From Somniosus microcephalus (Eukaryota), in NCBI GenBank assembly GCA_052327205.1, contig JBMRGM010000036.1, positions 26,102,001 to 26,166,000 of the forward strand: a stretch of 64,000 nt of DNA. The letters run 5' to 3'. A program made the position numbers and the translations under genes. A model generated the notes under the pieces. It made no database searches and was not told where the DNA came from. It saw only the letters and a program-made list of their open reading frames with translations. Shown one piece after another: positions 11,690 through 27,304 of the stretch (positions are counted from its first letter, which is position 1; each line of letters starts with the position of its first letter).

Positions 11690-12175
11690 CACGCTTTATG
11701 TATGCTCTCCTGGGTGATGCTGGAGCCGTGGGCAGTGCGCATGGTTGAGTGAGGCCCGGTAGTGCTTGGTGTGGTCCAGTCAGAACTGGTGCTGAATGGT
11801 TAAGCCAGCTATCTGCCAGATATGGTCACATCTGCACACCTTGGATTTTGGGGACAAGAGCATCAGAAATGGAGGATGAGCAAATCGACAGCTACCAAAC
11901 CTATCATAACTAACAAAAAGGTTATGGGTTAGACAGTTAGGAGTCTGAAAGTGTCGTTAGAAATGACTTTGGGGCAAAGTATTTATTCCAAGGTGATGTT
12001 GAAAGAATTGTGGTTGAAATGGGATAGGTCGATGTTAGGAATGCAAGGAACTGATAGAAGATGGCCATGTTCAGTGATCAGGACCAAGGGAATAGAGAGA
12101 ACTTTTGAAGATGGCTACCTTGTTTGGATGGCTGTTAATATGGGGAGGAGAGGTTATAAGGAGACAGAGTTCCTC
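11690..12175 (-). mobile_element. Old L2/CR1-superfamily LINE ORF2 fragment (endonuclease-RT linker)
   Basis: Minus strand reads KSKVCRCDHIWQIAGLTIQHQF*LDHTKHYRASL, resembling the L2 linker; abrupt composition change against the satellite. Confidence 0.6.
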
Positions 12176-12246
12176 AAATCCATCCATTATTTTGTCAACC
12201 ATCCAGCTAGTCACCCCTCATCAATCTACCCATGCATCCATCCATT

Positions 12247-12517
12247 AAAACAGAGGAGGAGGGGGAGGAGGAATTTCTTCTGCGGGTCTGAAATCTTTGG
12301 AATGGTCTACTCCAGAGAGCTGTGGAGGCTGAGTCATTAAATATTCAAGGCGGAGATAGACATATATTTGAGCTAATGCGGAGTCAAGTGCTATGGGGAG
12401 CAAGCGGGGAAGTGGAGTTGAGGCCAAGATCAGATCAGCCATGATCTTATTGAATGGTGGAGCAGGCTCGAGGGGCCGAATGGCCTACTCCTGCTCCTAA
12501 TTCTTATGTTCTTATGT
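12247..12517 (+). mobile_element. CR1 LINE 3' fragment
   Basis: Degenerate RRNFF..LWN.LP.RAVEA; 3' stem GGAGCAGG...CCTGCTCC; tail TTCTTATGTTCTTATG. Confidence 0.9.
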
Positions 12518-14893
12518 CCAATCATTCTTGTGCCCAATTATTCTTCCATGTGCATACCTTCATCCATCAATCCATGATCTATCTATTCGACCAGCAATTC
12601 ATAAATCAATCAGTGCATCCACCATCCAGCCAACCATATATCCAATCTTCCTTTAAAATATCCGTCATTCTCCCTTAGTTTATCCACCCCATTTAGCAGA
12701 TGGCGGGGGTTGATTAGGCAAGATGCAAGGATTGATCATCCCTTCCCTCGTGATGTCGGGCAAGAGACAGGATGTGATCCTCTTTCCCATTTCCACTTCC
12801 ATTCACCGTTTTGCCCATGATTTTCACAATGTCTTGAGGCAGTCAATGGTGGGGTGGTTGGCTCGTGTTTTTGTTTCGGAGAAGCATCGTTCCCCAACTA
12901 TGTTATTACTCTACCCAAGGGGCATCATCCATCTACGCTTGTATTATTCATCTATCCATGAATCTTCAGTTCTTTCTTGCGTACAGCGACCCAATCATCC
13001 ATCCAAACTTCCATCCATCCATCTGTTCATCCAAGGAATCTCCCACCCATTCAGCCCGTCATCCAACTATCTACTCTTCATCCACCCACACATAAGATTA
13101 GCCATCTATTCATCCAGGCTTCACACATGCACAGATCCTCCCATGCATCGTTTCAACCAGCCACTCAATCATCCATGCTTTTTCCCACCCCTATGCCTAG
13201 CCACAATTCCAGCAGTCTGTCTATTATCGTTCCATGCACCTATCCATTCCATCCTATTTTCTTTGTACTTATCCAAATATCTGCCCTCCATTTAACCATC
13301 TATTGTTCAATCCATCCAGAGCTCTATCTAATAATCCATCTGATCTGCCCTCTATGCAATCATCCTGTTATCCATCCATCAACCCATGAATAGATCCACC
13401 CAACCAACGGTCCTCCATCAATACACTCATCCACCCATCCATCATGTATTCCTCTATTTCTCCACCTACCATCCAGCCTTCTTGCTAATCATTTATCCAC
13501 TCAATCGTCCATCCATGCATCCACCTATTCATCCATGCATACATTCATCTAATCTTATGACTGTGCACCCTTCCATCCTTATGCCCAATGATGAATCTAT
13601 GCATTTGTCCTTCAAGCTTACCTCCATATATCATTTCCTGTAGAACATTAATCTGCCTGTTCATCCATAGATCCTTCTCTATTCACCCATCTACCGAATA
13701 ATTGTAGAAAACACTCAAAGAACCAGCTGTTAATCTGTCCATCCATACTCTAACCATTCATTGATCAACCTCTTCCTTAACCTTCCATGCATATATTTTA
13801 TATTAGTCCGACCATCAAGCTACATTCATCTGTATATCCTTCCAATCATCCAACCATTTCTGCAGCTGTCTATCCTTCATTTCTCCACCCATTCAACTAT
13901 CCATCCAGTTAATCTTTCTAGCCATCCACAAAATACATACACCTATCCATTCATCAATATGTCCATTCATCCGGATGCCCATCGATCCATCTGTACAGCC
14001 ATCCAGTGATCCTTAAATCTCTCCATCCATCTATTCTCCCATCCAGCTATCCATCCCTTCAACACTCCACCCATGCATCCTTCCATTCATCATTACATTC
14101 ACAGAAACTTCCATCCATTCAACCTATTCAAAATCCATGCATTCAAAGTTCTACGCACCCGGTCAACCATTAATTCATCCATTCTTTTTTATTTCCATCC
14201 ATCCAAAAACCCTTCCATCCCATCTCCCTTAGATTCGATGGTACATCTGTCAATATATCCTTCACTTGACATTCAACCATTCATCCATCCAGTCACTTGC
14301 AGCTTTTTCAACTGATGACTCAATCTTACATATCCCCATCACTGTATATATCTATTCATCCATCTATCAAATTATCCTTTGGTCACCCACCCGTCTAAAC
14401 ATCCATCTACCCATCGATCCAAACTTGCACACATAGATCCAGCCATCCATTTATTCATCTGCGCTACCATTCATCCGGCCACTATCCATCCATAAATCCA
14501 TCCATTTAGAATTCCTGCTCCTATAGCAACAATCCTTCCCTCCAGATATCTAATGCCTTATCCATCCAATCCTCCATTCGTCGTTTTAAATCCAATCTTC
14601 TATTCAATTATCTATCAATACTCACAGCCAATCATCTATCCTGTCAGCCAATCAACCAAGTTCCATCCATTCATCAGCCACTGTTACATTCATCCACCTC
14701 TCTATTCAATCACTCCTCCATCCACCTTTTTAATCATTGTTTCATCCAACTATGCATCTAACTGTCGATGCAATGGTCCAATCTTCCCTCCATTGACCTA
14801 TTGTTGTATCCAAACATACAATCTATCGAGCCATGCATCCATCCACTCTTCCATCATCAATCCACCCATCCAATCTTGTAACCATCTCTCCAT

Positions 14894-15504
14894 CATACGA
14901 ACGTAAGACATAGGTGCAGGAGTAGGCCATTCAGCCCCTCGAGCCTGCTCCGCCATTCAATAAGATCATGGCTGATCTGATCTTGGCCTCAACTCCACTT
15001 TCCTGCCTGATCCCCATAAGCCTTGAATCCCCTGTAGCTCAAATATCTGTCCATCTTCACCTTGAATATATTCACTGACTCAGTCCCCACAGCTCTCTGG
15101 GGTAGATAATTCCAAAGATTCACAACCCTCTTAAAGAAGAAATTCCTCATCATCTCCAATTGGTGTCCCCTTATTCTGAAGTTTTGCCCCCGAGTTCTAG
15201 ATTCCCCCACGAGGGGAAACATCCTCTCTGCATCTACCCTGTTAAGCCCCCTCAGAATTTTATGTTTCAATAAGATCCCCTCTCATTCTTCTAAACTCCA
15301 ATGTGTATTGGCCCAACCTGCTCAAGCTTTCCTCATAAGACAACCCTTTCATCTCAGGAATCAACCTTCTCTGAACTACCTCCAATGGAAGTGTATCCCT
15401 CCTTAAATAAGGAGCACAAACCTATATGCCGTACTCCAGGTGTTGTCTCACCCTGTACAGTTGTAACAGGACTTTCCTACTTTTATACTCCATGTCTGCT
15501 GCAA
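14894..15504 (-). mobile_element. CR1 LINE 3' fragment
   Basis: ORF 14989-15270 (RMFPLVGESRTRG...RVVNLWNYLPQRAV) plus the CR1 3' UTR stem and tail. Confidence 0.92.
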
Positions 15505-15704
15505 CTTTCAGACAATTCATTCATGTTCCATCCATCCAACCTTCCATCCAATAATCTACAGTCTATATGTTAAGCCAGTTCAACTCTAGCCATCGAATAA
15601 TTCATCTTCCTGCACATCACCCATTATTGCATCCATTGATCCATCCACTAGAAATGTATCTATCAGTTCCTCTAATCATCTAGTCCACTATTCAACTATC
15701 GATG

Positions 15705-16297
15705 CTGTTGAAATGCAGGAAATTTATGTTAAACCTGTATAGAACCATAGTTAGAACACATTTAAATTACGGTGTACATTCCGGTCTCCACATTACAAAA
15801 GGGATGTAGAGGCACAAAAACGATTTACAAGAATGATCCCAGAATTCATGGGTACAACTATCAGGAAACACGAGGGGGGCTGGGGCTCCTTTCTGTAGAA
15901 AAAGAGAAGGCTGTGGGGTTAATGAATAGAGGTCTTTAAACGCATGAAGGGGTTTGATAGGTTAGAACTTGAGAAGATGTTTCCACCTCTGGGGGGGGGG
16001 GGCGGGGAGTACAAAACTAGGGGCTATCAATAAAAGATGGTCACTAAAAAATCCAATAAGTCAGGAGGAACATCTTTACCCACAAAGTGCTTAGAATGTG
16101 GAATGCACTACCACGTGGAGTGGTTGAGGCGAATAGTACAGATGTCCTAAAGGTGAAGACAGATAAGCACTGATAGAAAGCAATAGAAGGATATGAATTA
16201 AGGTGGGATCAGGTTCGTTGGGAACATAAGCATCGACACAGACCAGTTGTGCCGAATGTCCTGTTTCTGTGCTGTAAATTCTATGTGATTGTATGTA
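15705..16297 (+). mobile_element. Degraded CR1 LINE 3' fragment
   Basis: Remnants of LYRTIVRTHLNY.VHS.SPHYKRD and VLRMWNALP; tail CTGTGCTGTAAATTCTATG. Confidence 0.85.
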
Positions 16298-17212
16298 ATA
16301 CAGCTGTTTAAAATTGTATCCATTAAAACCAGTCTTCTATTTATTCATCTAATCTTCTAATCATCTTTTATTGCATCAATTGACACATCCATCTCCATCC
16401 ATTTACCATCTATCCGACAATGCACTAATCTGTGAATCATCTATCCCACTATTCAACTATTCACCCTCCATCTAACCAACCCATGTTCCCTCTATTCATT
16501 AAAAATCCATTCATACATAAACCCACCTGGTTACTATCAATCTTCTGCGAATCTATACAGCAAACCTTTCATCCATTCAACCTTCCAACCATCTGAGCAC
16601 CAATCAACCCAACATCCATCCAATTATCTACCTATCCACCCAATTTCCGTCAGCCCATGCATTGGTCTCTCCTTGTATCCATTCTTCTGGCCACATTAGT
16701 CCATCATCCTTCCAAAAGCATGGATCTCTGTCAAACCGCTCATCCGTTTTCCCGTAGGACCATCCATTCATCCAGCTTTTCTTGATGTTGTTCCATCTTC
16801 CAAACTTTCACTTATCGATTAGTCATCAATCCACCCATCGAACCGCAGTTCCTTCCAACCAGTGCCTGTTGAATCATTCAGCCCCACTCCCTCGTTAATT
16901 TATCAGCCGTCGGTATATCTATCCATTTCATTAAATGATCCACCCTAAGGCCATCCATTCGCTCAGTCTTCCCTCCATCACTTCAACTGTCAATCTACCC
17001 ATTCAATTATCTAATCCAGATAATCAAATTAACTATCATGCCACCCATCCAATAACCAATCATTCAATCATTCCTCCAATATTCCATCCTTCTATTCATC
17101 TACTCATCCATTCACTTTACTTGCCAACCGTTTTTCAATCCAATCTTCCTTTCTCATCTGTTCAACCAACCACCCATCCACGCTTAACCCTTGAATCCAC
17201 CTCTAATCCCAT

Positions 17213-17925
17213 CATAGAATCCTATAAATTTACAGCACAGGAGGCCGCCATTCGGCCCATCGTGTCCGTGCCGGCCGACAAAGAGCTATCCACCCTAATC
17301 CCACTTACCAGCACTTGGTCCGTAGCCCTGTAGGTTACTGCACTTCAAGTGCATATCCAAGTACTTTTAAAATGTGATGAGTGTTTCCGCCTCTACCACC
17401 CTGTCAGGCAGTGAGTTCCAGACCCCCACAACCCTCTGGGTGAAAATTTCTCCTCAAATACCCTCTGAACCTCCTACCAATTACTTGAAATCTGTGACCC
17501 CTCGTTATTGACCCCTCTACCAAGGGAAATATGTTCTTCCTATCCACTCTATCTAGGCCCCTCAATTTTATACACCTCAATTAGGTCTCCGCTCAGCCTC
17601 CACTGTTCCAAAGAAAACAACCCCAGCCTATCCAAACTTTCCTCATAACTGAAATTCCACAGCCCAGGCAACATCCTTCTAGTTCTCCTCTGCACCCTCT
17701 TTAGTGTGATCACATCCTTCCTGTAATGTGGGGACCAGAACTGCACGCAATATTCTAGCCACGGCTAAACTACAGTTTTATTAATTTCAAGCATAACCTC
17801 CCTGCTCCTATATTCTATGCCTCAGCTAATAAAGGCAAGCATCCTATATGCCTTCTTAAGCACCTTTTCTAGCTGTCATGCTACCTTCAGGGATGTGTGA
17901 ACACGCACTCCAAAATTCCCTCTGA
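17213..17925 (-). mobile_element. CR1 LINE 3' fragment
   Basis: ORF 17549-17746 (QFWSPHYRKD...RLGLFSLE..RL.GDLIEVYKI); tail CATAGAATCCTATAAATTTACAGCACAG on +. Confidence 0.92.
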
Positions 17926-20900
17926 TCATCTTGCCTTTCACTTATGCATTTGTTCACCATTCTAACCAGTCATTCCCCCATTAAATCATCCATCCTTTAG
18001 ATCATCCACCTATATGAATCAATCCATCCTTCAACCATCCATCCAATATTGAAATTCATCCACAAATCATCTATCCACGAATCAATCCTTCTAGACATCG
18101 CTCCAATTGCCCATGCAATAATTCATATTTTTTGTCCATCTAATCCTCTATTCATCCATCAATTTCTCCTTCCACCCACCTGCATCCATTTTTTCATTCA
18201 TTTATTCATCCATCAACATGTCCCTAAATGGTCCAACCAATCTTCCATCATTTCCTCCAACAATCATGCCTCCTTCTATTCGTTTCCCTACTTAACCACA
18301 GATCCACTTTTCATTCCATTGATCCATCCTGGAAAGCCTTCCTATAACCATTTATCAATTCCTCTGATCTATTCAGCAAGCCCCACACCATTCCTGCATT
18401 CTATTCGTCCATCCAGCAAATGATATGTTCATGTACATTGGTCTAAATCTCCAAATGATATTCTATCTAAAAATTCATCCAGCCAGCCATCCTTCCAAAT
18501 CTATGCTTATAAATCCATCCCTCCTTCCATTCATCCATCCATTCCTCCTTCTATCCGTTCATCCTTCCATCAATTAAACTGCCTGAATATCTAAAAACAA
18601 ACTCTGATCAACCACTCATCCACTCACCATGTCCTCTATTCATTCATCCAACCATCCGTTCAACCAATTTGCCATCGGCCACTCCCTTCATGCAAGCATC
18701 CTTTTATCCATTCGACTACCTGCCCATCCGACAATCCCTCTAATCAATAAACAATCCACTCAAACACCTCTCTATGTAACACTCTCTATTCATTCTACTC
18801 TCAATCCATAAGCAATCCGTCCTGCATGCATTCACCCCTTCATAAATTCAAACACCTCACTATCCAACATTGGTTCCCGGAATACTTCCAATCCTCAAAC
18901 GATCCAGCCACTGATGTCCAATCATCCAATATTCCATATGGTCATTGAATTATCCATCCATTCAACATCCGTCCAACTTATCATCTATTTAATAATCCAT
19001 CCATCAATAATTCATCTATCCATCACCTCAACAAATCATCCATCCATTTAACACCTCCCCATCTATCACTCCTTCCAAACATCCATTCATCCACTCAACC
19101 AACTGGCCATCCAGCTCTCCCTTCAATCATTCATCCATCCAGTGAACCACCCATCCACCCAATTTCCCTTGCGTTCATTCATCCCTTTATCTATTCAACT
19201 ATCTCTCGAATCAATTACCCATCCACCCAAGCGCCTCTCCGTTCAACACAATCACTATTCATTCTACTCTCAATCTCTCGTCCATCCATCCAGCACGCCC
19301 TCTATTCTCGAATTCATTCATAAATACAACCGCTGCTCTAGCCAACATTCACTCCAATCTGTTCATTCATTGAACCATCCCTTCATCCACATTCCCTACA
19401 ATCATCAATCACTACACCCACGGAGCCATCCATTCTTCCAAAATTCCCTCCAACTAATCCATCTAGCCACTGAAACTTCCATTCATCCAACATTGCATTA
19501 GATGATCAACCAATCTTTCCAGTCATTTCCAATCGCCCAATATTCCCAAATAATGAATAACCCAATCTGTTTTTTCAACCATCCAACCAGTCTTCTATCC
19601 CACCCGCCATCCAAATAGACCATAATCCATCCATTCAACCAATTATACATTTAGCGCTCCCTGCATTCATTCACATTGCCATACTTTAAACCACCCATGC
19701 AACCGAAGTCCCCTCAATTCACTCATCCCTTTATCAATTCAACTACCTGTCCATCACAGTTCTGACTAATCATTCTTCGAGGCCACTACCCATCATTCCG
19801 CCTGTCCCTCCACCCATTCATCTTCCACTCATTTAACCACCCACTCATCCAAATCTCCCTCCATTCATTCATCCTTTACCAATGAAATTGCCTTTCCATC
19901 CAACAATCTCTGATCAACCATTCAACCATCAATCCCTGTATCCATTAAACTACCTATCCATCCTGCAATCCTTCCAATCAACTTCCTGTCCACACAAACA
20001 CCTCTGTCCAAAACCTAGGTGTATTCAGTCTAATCCCAATCCACAGACCATCTATTCTTTAACTCCTCCATAACTGCGACCACCTCTCCATCCAAAACAG
20101 CCTCCGATCATCATTCAATCCACCCAGGGGAACATTCATTCATTCACATTGCCACGCTTTAAACCACCCATCCAAAGTCACTTCCACTCATTCATCCCTT
20201 TATCATTACAACTACCTGCCCATCCTAATATTCAGACCAGTAATCCATCCAATTCAACTACATTCATTCATCCTTATATCCAGTCAACTGCCTTTTCATC
20301 TCAAAATCCCTCTAAACAATCTCCCATCTACTCAAACACCCCTCTATTGAAAACAGTCTATTCCATCTGCTCTCAAATCACAGCTAATCAATCCAGCACG
20401 CCCTCTATTCTTTCATCGCTCCCTACATTCGAACAACTCTCAATCCAACATTTCCTCCAATCATTCAATCCATCCACTGATTTGCATTCAAATACACCAT
20501 TTCATTCATTTTTCCATCCATTTAAGCATTCATTCAACTTCATCCATTCAACACCTCTTCCATTCAATAGTCCATCATTCATCTATCTATCACCTCAACC
20601 AATCACTCACCCGTCCATTATCTCACCATCCATCGATCCCTCCAACCATCCAACCATCCGTCAATCCAACTAGTCTTCTATCACACCCTCCCTCCAAATA
20701 TACCACAATCAATCCATTCAAACAGTTATTCATTCAACTCCCCATCCATTCATTCACCAGCGGTATTCTTCAAAGCACTCATCCATGGGAAGTCCCCTTT
20801 ATTCATTCATCCCTTTGTTAATTTGACTATCTTTCCATCCCAAAATTCGGACCAATAATCCCTCCATTCAAATAGCCATCCTTTCAAATCTCCCAACATG

Positions 20901-23900
20901 CATTTACCTTCCAATCATTCAACCGCCCTCTCATTCAACTTCCACACCATACATTCTTCCGTTTATCAATTAACTTCACTTTCTATCCAACAATCTCCCT
21001 GTTCAACCAACCAACAACCAAAAACTCCCTTGGTTCAGTCATCCCTACACCCATTAAACTACATATAACTCTCTCAATCCCTCTTATCAATCTCCCATCC
21101 ACACAAACACATCTCTATCTAAATCTCTCTATTCATTCTACTCACAATCGACAAATCATCTATCCAGCATGCCCTTTATTCTTTCACCCCTCCATAAATT
21201 CTACCGCCTCTCCATCCAACATTGCCTCCAATAATCATTCAATCCATTCAAAATTCCTTCCAAACATCAATCAATCCAACCAATAAACCTTCCATTCATC
21301 CAAAAATGCCTCTAATCATGAATTGATCCGTCGACAGAAACTTTCATTTATTCATCATTGCCTCCAATCATCATTCAGTCTATCCACTGGTTAACAATTA
21401 TCCAATACTCCCTACAATTATTCATTGATCCAACCATTTATGCATTCATTAAACCTCTCATCCATTCAAAACTTATTCTATTCAATATTCCATCATTCAT
21501 CTATGCATCACCTTCAGCAACCATCCATCCATCCAACACCACGCCATCCAGCACTCCTTCCAAACATCCAACTAGCCACTCCAACACCTGGCCCTCCCGT
21601 GCTCCCATCAATCATTAATCCATCCATTGGACAATGCATCTATCCACCCCTCCCACCAAACATCCACAATTCATCCATCGAAATAATTATCCATTCAAAT
21701 CTCCCTCCATTCATTCACATCTTTAACCTACCCACCCAATCCCCTACATTCATTCATCCCTTTATCAATTCAACTACCTTTCCATCCCTAATTTCAGACC
21801 AATAATCCGTCGAATTCATCTACACATCCATCCAGCTCTCCGTACATTTATTTATCTCCCACTCATTCAACCACCCACTCATCCAACTTCCACTCCATTC
21901 ATTTATCCGTTGATCAACTAAACTGCCTTTCCATCCAACAGTCTCAATGATCAACCACCCAACCATCCAATGCTCTATTCATTCATTCATCCCTACATTG
22001 CATTCAGTAGCATATCCATCTCACAGTCCCTCTAATTACTATCTAATCCATTAATCCAACTCGCTATATAAAACCTCTCCATTCATTCTACTCAATCCAA
22101 TGATCATCCACCCAGCACGCCCTTTATTTTTCAGCCCTCCATAAATACAACCACCTCTCAATTGAGCAATCCTTCAAGTACCTGGCCATCCCACAATTCT
22201 GATCAATCGTCCATCCATTTGACTTCCCATCCATCCAACTCTCCCTCCATTCATTCATTCATTCAACCACCCATCCATCCATCCCCCCACTCCGTTAATT
22301 CATCCCTTTATCAGTTCAACTACCTTTCCATCCAACAATCCCTATGTTATCCGACCCAACCATCCATCACTCCCTTCATTCAATCATCCCTACATCCATT
22401 CAACTGCATATCCTTCTCTCAATCCCATTAATCAATCGCCCATTCACACAAACTCTCTATCCAAAATCTCTATCAATTCTACTCGCATTTGAAAACCCAT
22501 CCATCGAGCACGCCCTTTAATCTTCCATGCCTCCATAAATTCAACCACCTCTCCATACAGCATTTCCTCCAATCATTAATTAACCCATCGACAACCATCT
22601 GTTCATCCAGTATTGCCTCTAACGATCAGCCAATCTTTGTAGTAATTTCCAATCATCCAACACTCACTACAATCATTTATCCATCCTTTCATCTGTTCAC
22701 TCATTCAATCACATCCATCCCACACCCACTATTCAATAATCATTCCAATATTAACCCATTCATCACAACAACCACTCATTGAACAACTACGTAACCAGCA
22801 AACCTTCCAAAAGTCCATCCATCCACTACACCACTTGGCAATACAGCACTCCCTTCAATTATTCATCCATCACTCCATCCAACCATACAAGCAGCCATCC
22901 ATCCACTCAATCAAGCTTCTATCCAACACTCTCGCCAAACAATCCACACTCCATCAGTTCAACAAATTCGCCATTAATCTCTCCCACCAATGTTTCAAAT
23001 CAGCAATGATTAAACCACCAATCTGTCCAACGTCCCCTCGATGCATTCATTCCTTTATCAATTAAAGTGCCAGCCCATCACACAATCCCTCTGATCAACC
23101 ACCCATCCTTCCAACAATCTATTCATTCATACTTTCATCCGTTTAACCAAATCTCCACCCATTACTCCCTGCATTTATTCATCCTTTATTTATTCAACCA
23201 CCTATCCATCTCACAATCCCTCTAATCAATCATACATACACTCAACCTCATCTCCAGCCAACACATTCACTATTGATTCTACGCTCAAACCACAACTCGT
23301 CAATCCAATGTGCCCTCTATTCTTGTATCTCTCCATATATTCTCCTGCCTCCATCCGACATTTTCTCCAATAATCATTCAATCCATCCAAAATTCCTTCC
23401 AAACATCAATCAATCCAACCAATAAACCTTCCATTCATCCAACAGCGCCTCCAATCATCATTCAGTCCAGCCACTGGTCATCAATAATCCAGTACTCACT
23501 TCAATTATTTATTCTTCCATCGAATTATGCATTGATTCAAACTCACATCCATTCAAAACCTATTCTATTCAATAAGCAATCATGCATCTATCCATCACCT
23601 CCACCAAGCATCCATTTATTCAACAACGTGCCTTCCAGCACTCCTTCCAGACACCCATCTAGCCACTCAAACACCTGGCCTTCCAGCACTCCCTTCAGTT
23701 ATTCTTTCCTCCATTGGATAACACATCTATTCCCCACTTCCGCCCAAACATCCCACAATCCTGTCATCGAACCAATTATCCATTCAGCTCTCCCTCAATT
23801 CATTCACATCGCCACTCTTTAAACCACCCATCCAATGACACCTCCACTTATTCATTCATCCCTTTATGAATTCAACTACCTTTCCATCCTGAAATTCTTC

Positions 23901-25902
23901 CCAATAATCCATTCAATCCCTACATGCATTTATATTCCACTTAATGAACCACCCTCTCATTCAACTTAAACACCATTCATTCATCCGCTTATCAATTAAA
24001 CTGCCTTTCTATCCAACAATCTCGCTGGTCAAAGACCCAACCATCCATCACACCCTTAATTCATTCATTCCTAAATCCAATAAACGACATTCCCATGTCA
24101 CAATCGCTCGAATCAATAACCCATTCATTCAAAAAATCTATCCAAAACCTCTATTCATTCTACTCTCAATCCAATGATCATCCACCCTGCACACTCTATT
24201 GTTTCAGCCTCCCATAAATTCAACCACTTCTCAGTTCAAAAATCCTTCAAATCATCTATCAATCCATACACAGAACCAGTCGTTCAACATTCCCTCCAAT
24301 CAACTGAGTTACAATCATCCAACACTCCTGACAAACTTTCATTTATAGTCATTCATTTTTTCAAATATTCATCCAATCAACAGACCGCTGTACGATAATC
24401 ATTCATCATCTTTTTTTTCTTGCCATTATTCATCTATTCATCAACTCAACCAATCACCCATTCAACAACTCCCCATACAGCATTACTTCCAAACAGCTGT
24501 CCATCAAAGCATGCACCTTGCCATCCAACGCTCCCTTCAATCATTCTTGTATCGATTGAACCACAATTCACCACACTCTCCAACTATCCAACCTCTCACT
24601 CAGTTATGGTCTATATTGTTTAATCCCTCCAGGATTGAACCACATCTCCATCCAACATTGTCTCCAAACATCAATCACTCCACACACTGATTTCCAATAA
24701 TCCAATACTCCCTGCAATCATTCATTTCTTCATCAATTTATGCATTCATTCAAACTCCCGTCCATTCAAAAACTCAATGGAATAATCCATCATTCATCTA
24801 TCCATCACCTCCACCAGTCATCCATCAATTCAACAGCGCCCCATCCAAAACTGCTTCCAAATATCCATCTATCAGCCGGCCATTCCTTCAATCATTCATC
24901 CATCCATTGACCAATCCTTCCATCCATCACTCCCTCCAAACATTCATCCATCCAACCAGTCTTCTAAGCAAACCTCCATTGAACGGTACCATACCCCAAC
25001 TATTCAAGTAAATATCCATTCAACTCTCCCTCCATTCATTGACATTGCCACGCTTTGAACCACCCATTAATATAAAATCGCCTTCATTCATTCCTTTATT
25101 AATTCAACTACCTTCCCATCCCACAAACCTGATTAATCGTCCATCCAGTCAACTTCCCATCCATCCAACTCTCCCTCCATTCAATCATCTCTGCTCATTC
25201 AACCACCAATCATTCTCCCATGCCATTATTTCATCCCTTTCAGTTCAACAACCTTTGCATCCAAAAATCCCTATCATAATCAAACCAAACATCCATCACT
25301 CCCTTCATTCATTCATTCCTACATCTATTCAGCTGCATATCCATCTCACAATCTCTCTAATCAAACTCCCACCCACACAAATACATCTATTCAAATCTCT
25401 ATTCATTCTACTCTCAATTGACAACTCATTCATCCAGCATGCCCTTGATTCTTTCATGCCTCCATAAATTCAACCACCTCTCCATCCAGCATTCCCGACA
25501 ATCATTAATTAACCCATTGAAAGAACTATCCATTCATCCAGCATTACCTCCAATGATCAGCCAATCCATCCAGTAATTTCCAATCATCCAACACTCCCTA
25601 AAATCATTAATTTATCCCTCCTTCCATCTGTTCACTCATTCATTCAAGCACTCACCCATTCAACAGCTCTGCCATTCAATAATCATTCCATTGTTCATCT
25701 ATTCCTCACAACCTATCAGCCACTCATTGAACTAATTTCTGCCCAGCAAACCTTCCAAACATCCATCCATCCACTCCACCACATGGCAATCCAGCACACC
25801 CTTCAATCATTCATCCATCTATTGAGCCATCCATCCATCACTCCCCCAAACTATTCAACCACCCACTCAATCAAGATTCTGTCCAACTCTCGCCAAACTG
25901 CC

Positions 25903-26256
25903 AACAGCACAGTGGCATAGTGGTTAGCACTGTTGCCTCACAGCGCCAGGGACCCGGGTTCGAATCCGGCCTCGGGCGACTGTCTGGGTGGAGTTTGCAC
26001 ATTCTCCCCGTGTTTGCGTGGGTTTCCTCTGGGTGCTCTGGTTTCCTCCCACGGTCCAAAGATATGCGGGTTAGGTTGATTGGCTATGATAAATTGACCC
26101 TTAGTGTTAGGGGGATTAAATACGTGGGGTTACGGGGATAGGGTGGGATATGTGTTGGTGTAGGGGTTACGGGGATCGGGTGGGATATGTGTCGGTGCAG
26201 GCTCGCTGGGCCAAAATGGCCTCTATCTGCACTGTGGGGTTTCTGTGATTCTGTGA
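25903..26256 (+). mobile_element. tRNA-derived V-SINE (HE1-like) with CR1-type tail
   Basis: A box TGGCATAGTGG, B box GGTTCGAATCC, V domain GTGGAGTTTGCACATTCTCCCCGTG..GCGTGGGTTTCCTC, tail GGGCCAAAATGGCCT...TTCTGTGATTCTGTGA. Confidence 0.93.
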
Positions 26257-27304
26257 AACCATCAAATCAACAATATCTCCATAAATCTCACACCTTCGTT
26301 TCACATTACCATTGATTAAAACAGCAATCCGTTCAACGTCCCCTCGATTCATTCATCCCTTGATCAATTAACCTGCCTGCCAATCCCTCTGATCAACAAA
26401 CAATCGATCCAACACTTTGTTTATTCATTCATCCTTTAACCCAGTTAAACAAATCTCCTCCCATCATTCCCTGGATTTATTCATTCATCCTTTAACCCAG
26501 TTAAACAAATCTCCACCCATCATTCCCTGGATTCATTCATCCTTTTTCCATTCAACTGCCTGCCCATCTCACAATCTCTCTAATCAATCAAACATCCACT
26601 CAACCTCCTCTCTATCCAACACACTCAAACCACAGCTTATCAATCCCTCTATTCTTTTATCTCTGTATAATTTCTATCTCCACTCCATCGAACATTTCCT
26701 CCAATCTTCATACAATCTTCAAATACTTCCTACTGTAATTCAAGTTTCTTTCCAATTATGCATTCATTCAACCTCTCGCCCATTAAACAACTCTTCTATT
26801 CAATCGTCCATCATTCATCTATCCATCACCTCAACCATTCATTCATGCATCCAACACCACCCCATCCATCAATCCCTCCAAACATCCAGCCATCCATCAA
26901 TTCAACTAGTCTTTATTCACACCCTCCCTCCAAACATAGCACAATCCATCCAATCAAACAATTATCCATTCAACTCTCCCTCCATTCATTCACCATCGCT
27001 ATTCTGCAAACTAGTAATCCATCGAAAGTCCCCTTTATTCATTAATAAGAACATAAGTACTAGGAGCAGGAGTAGGCCTATCGGCTCCTCCAGCCTGCTC
27101 CGCCATTCAATAAGATCATGGCTGATCTGATCCTAACGGCCAATCTACTATCACAGAACCATCTCCTGAATCTAACAGGATTAGACACGCGAAATAGGAG
27201 CAGGATCAGGCTACATGGCCCCTGGGCCTGCTCCGCTACCCACAGGGCCATGTCCGATCCAAACCCAGACTCATGTCCAAATTCCTGCCCGCTCCCCGTA
27301 ACCC

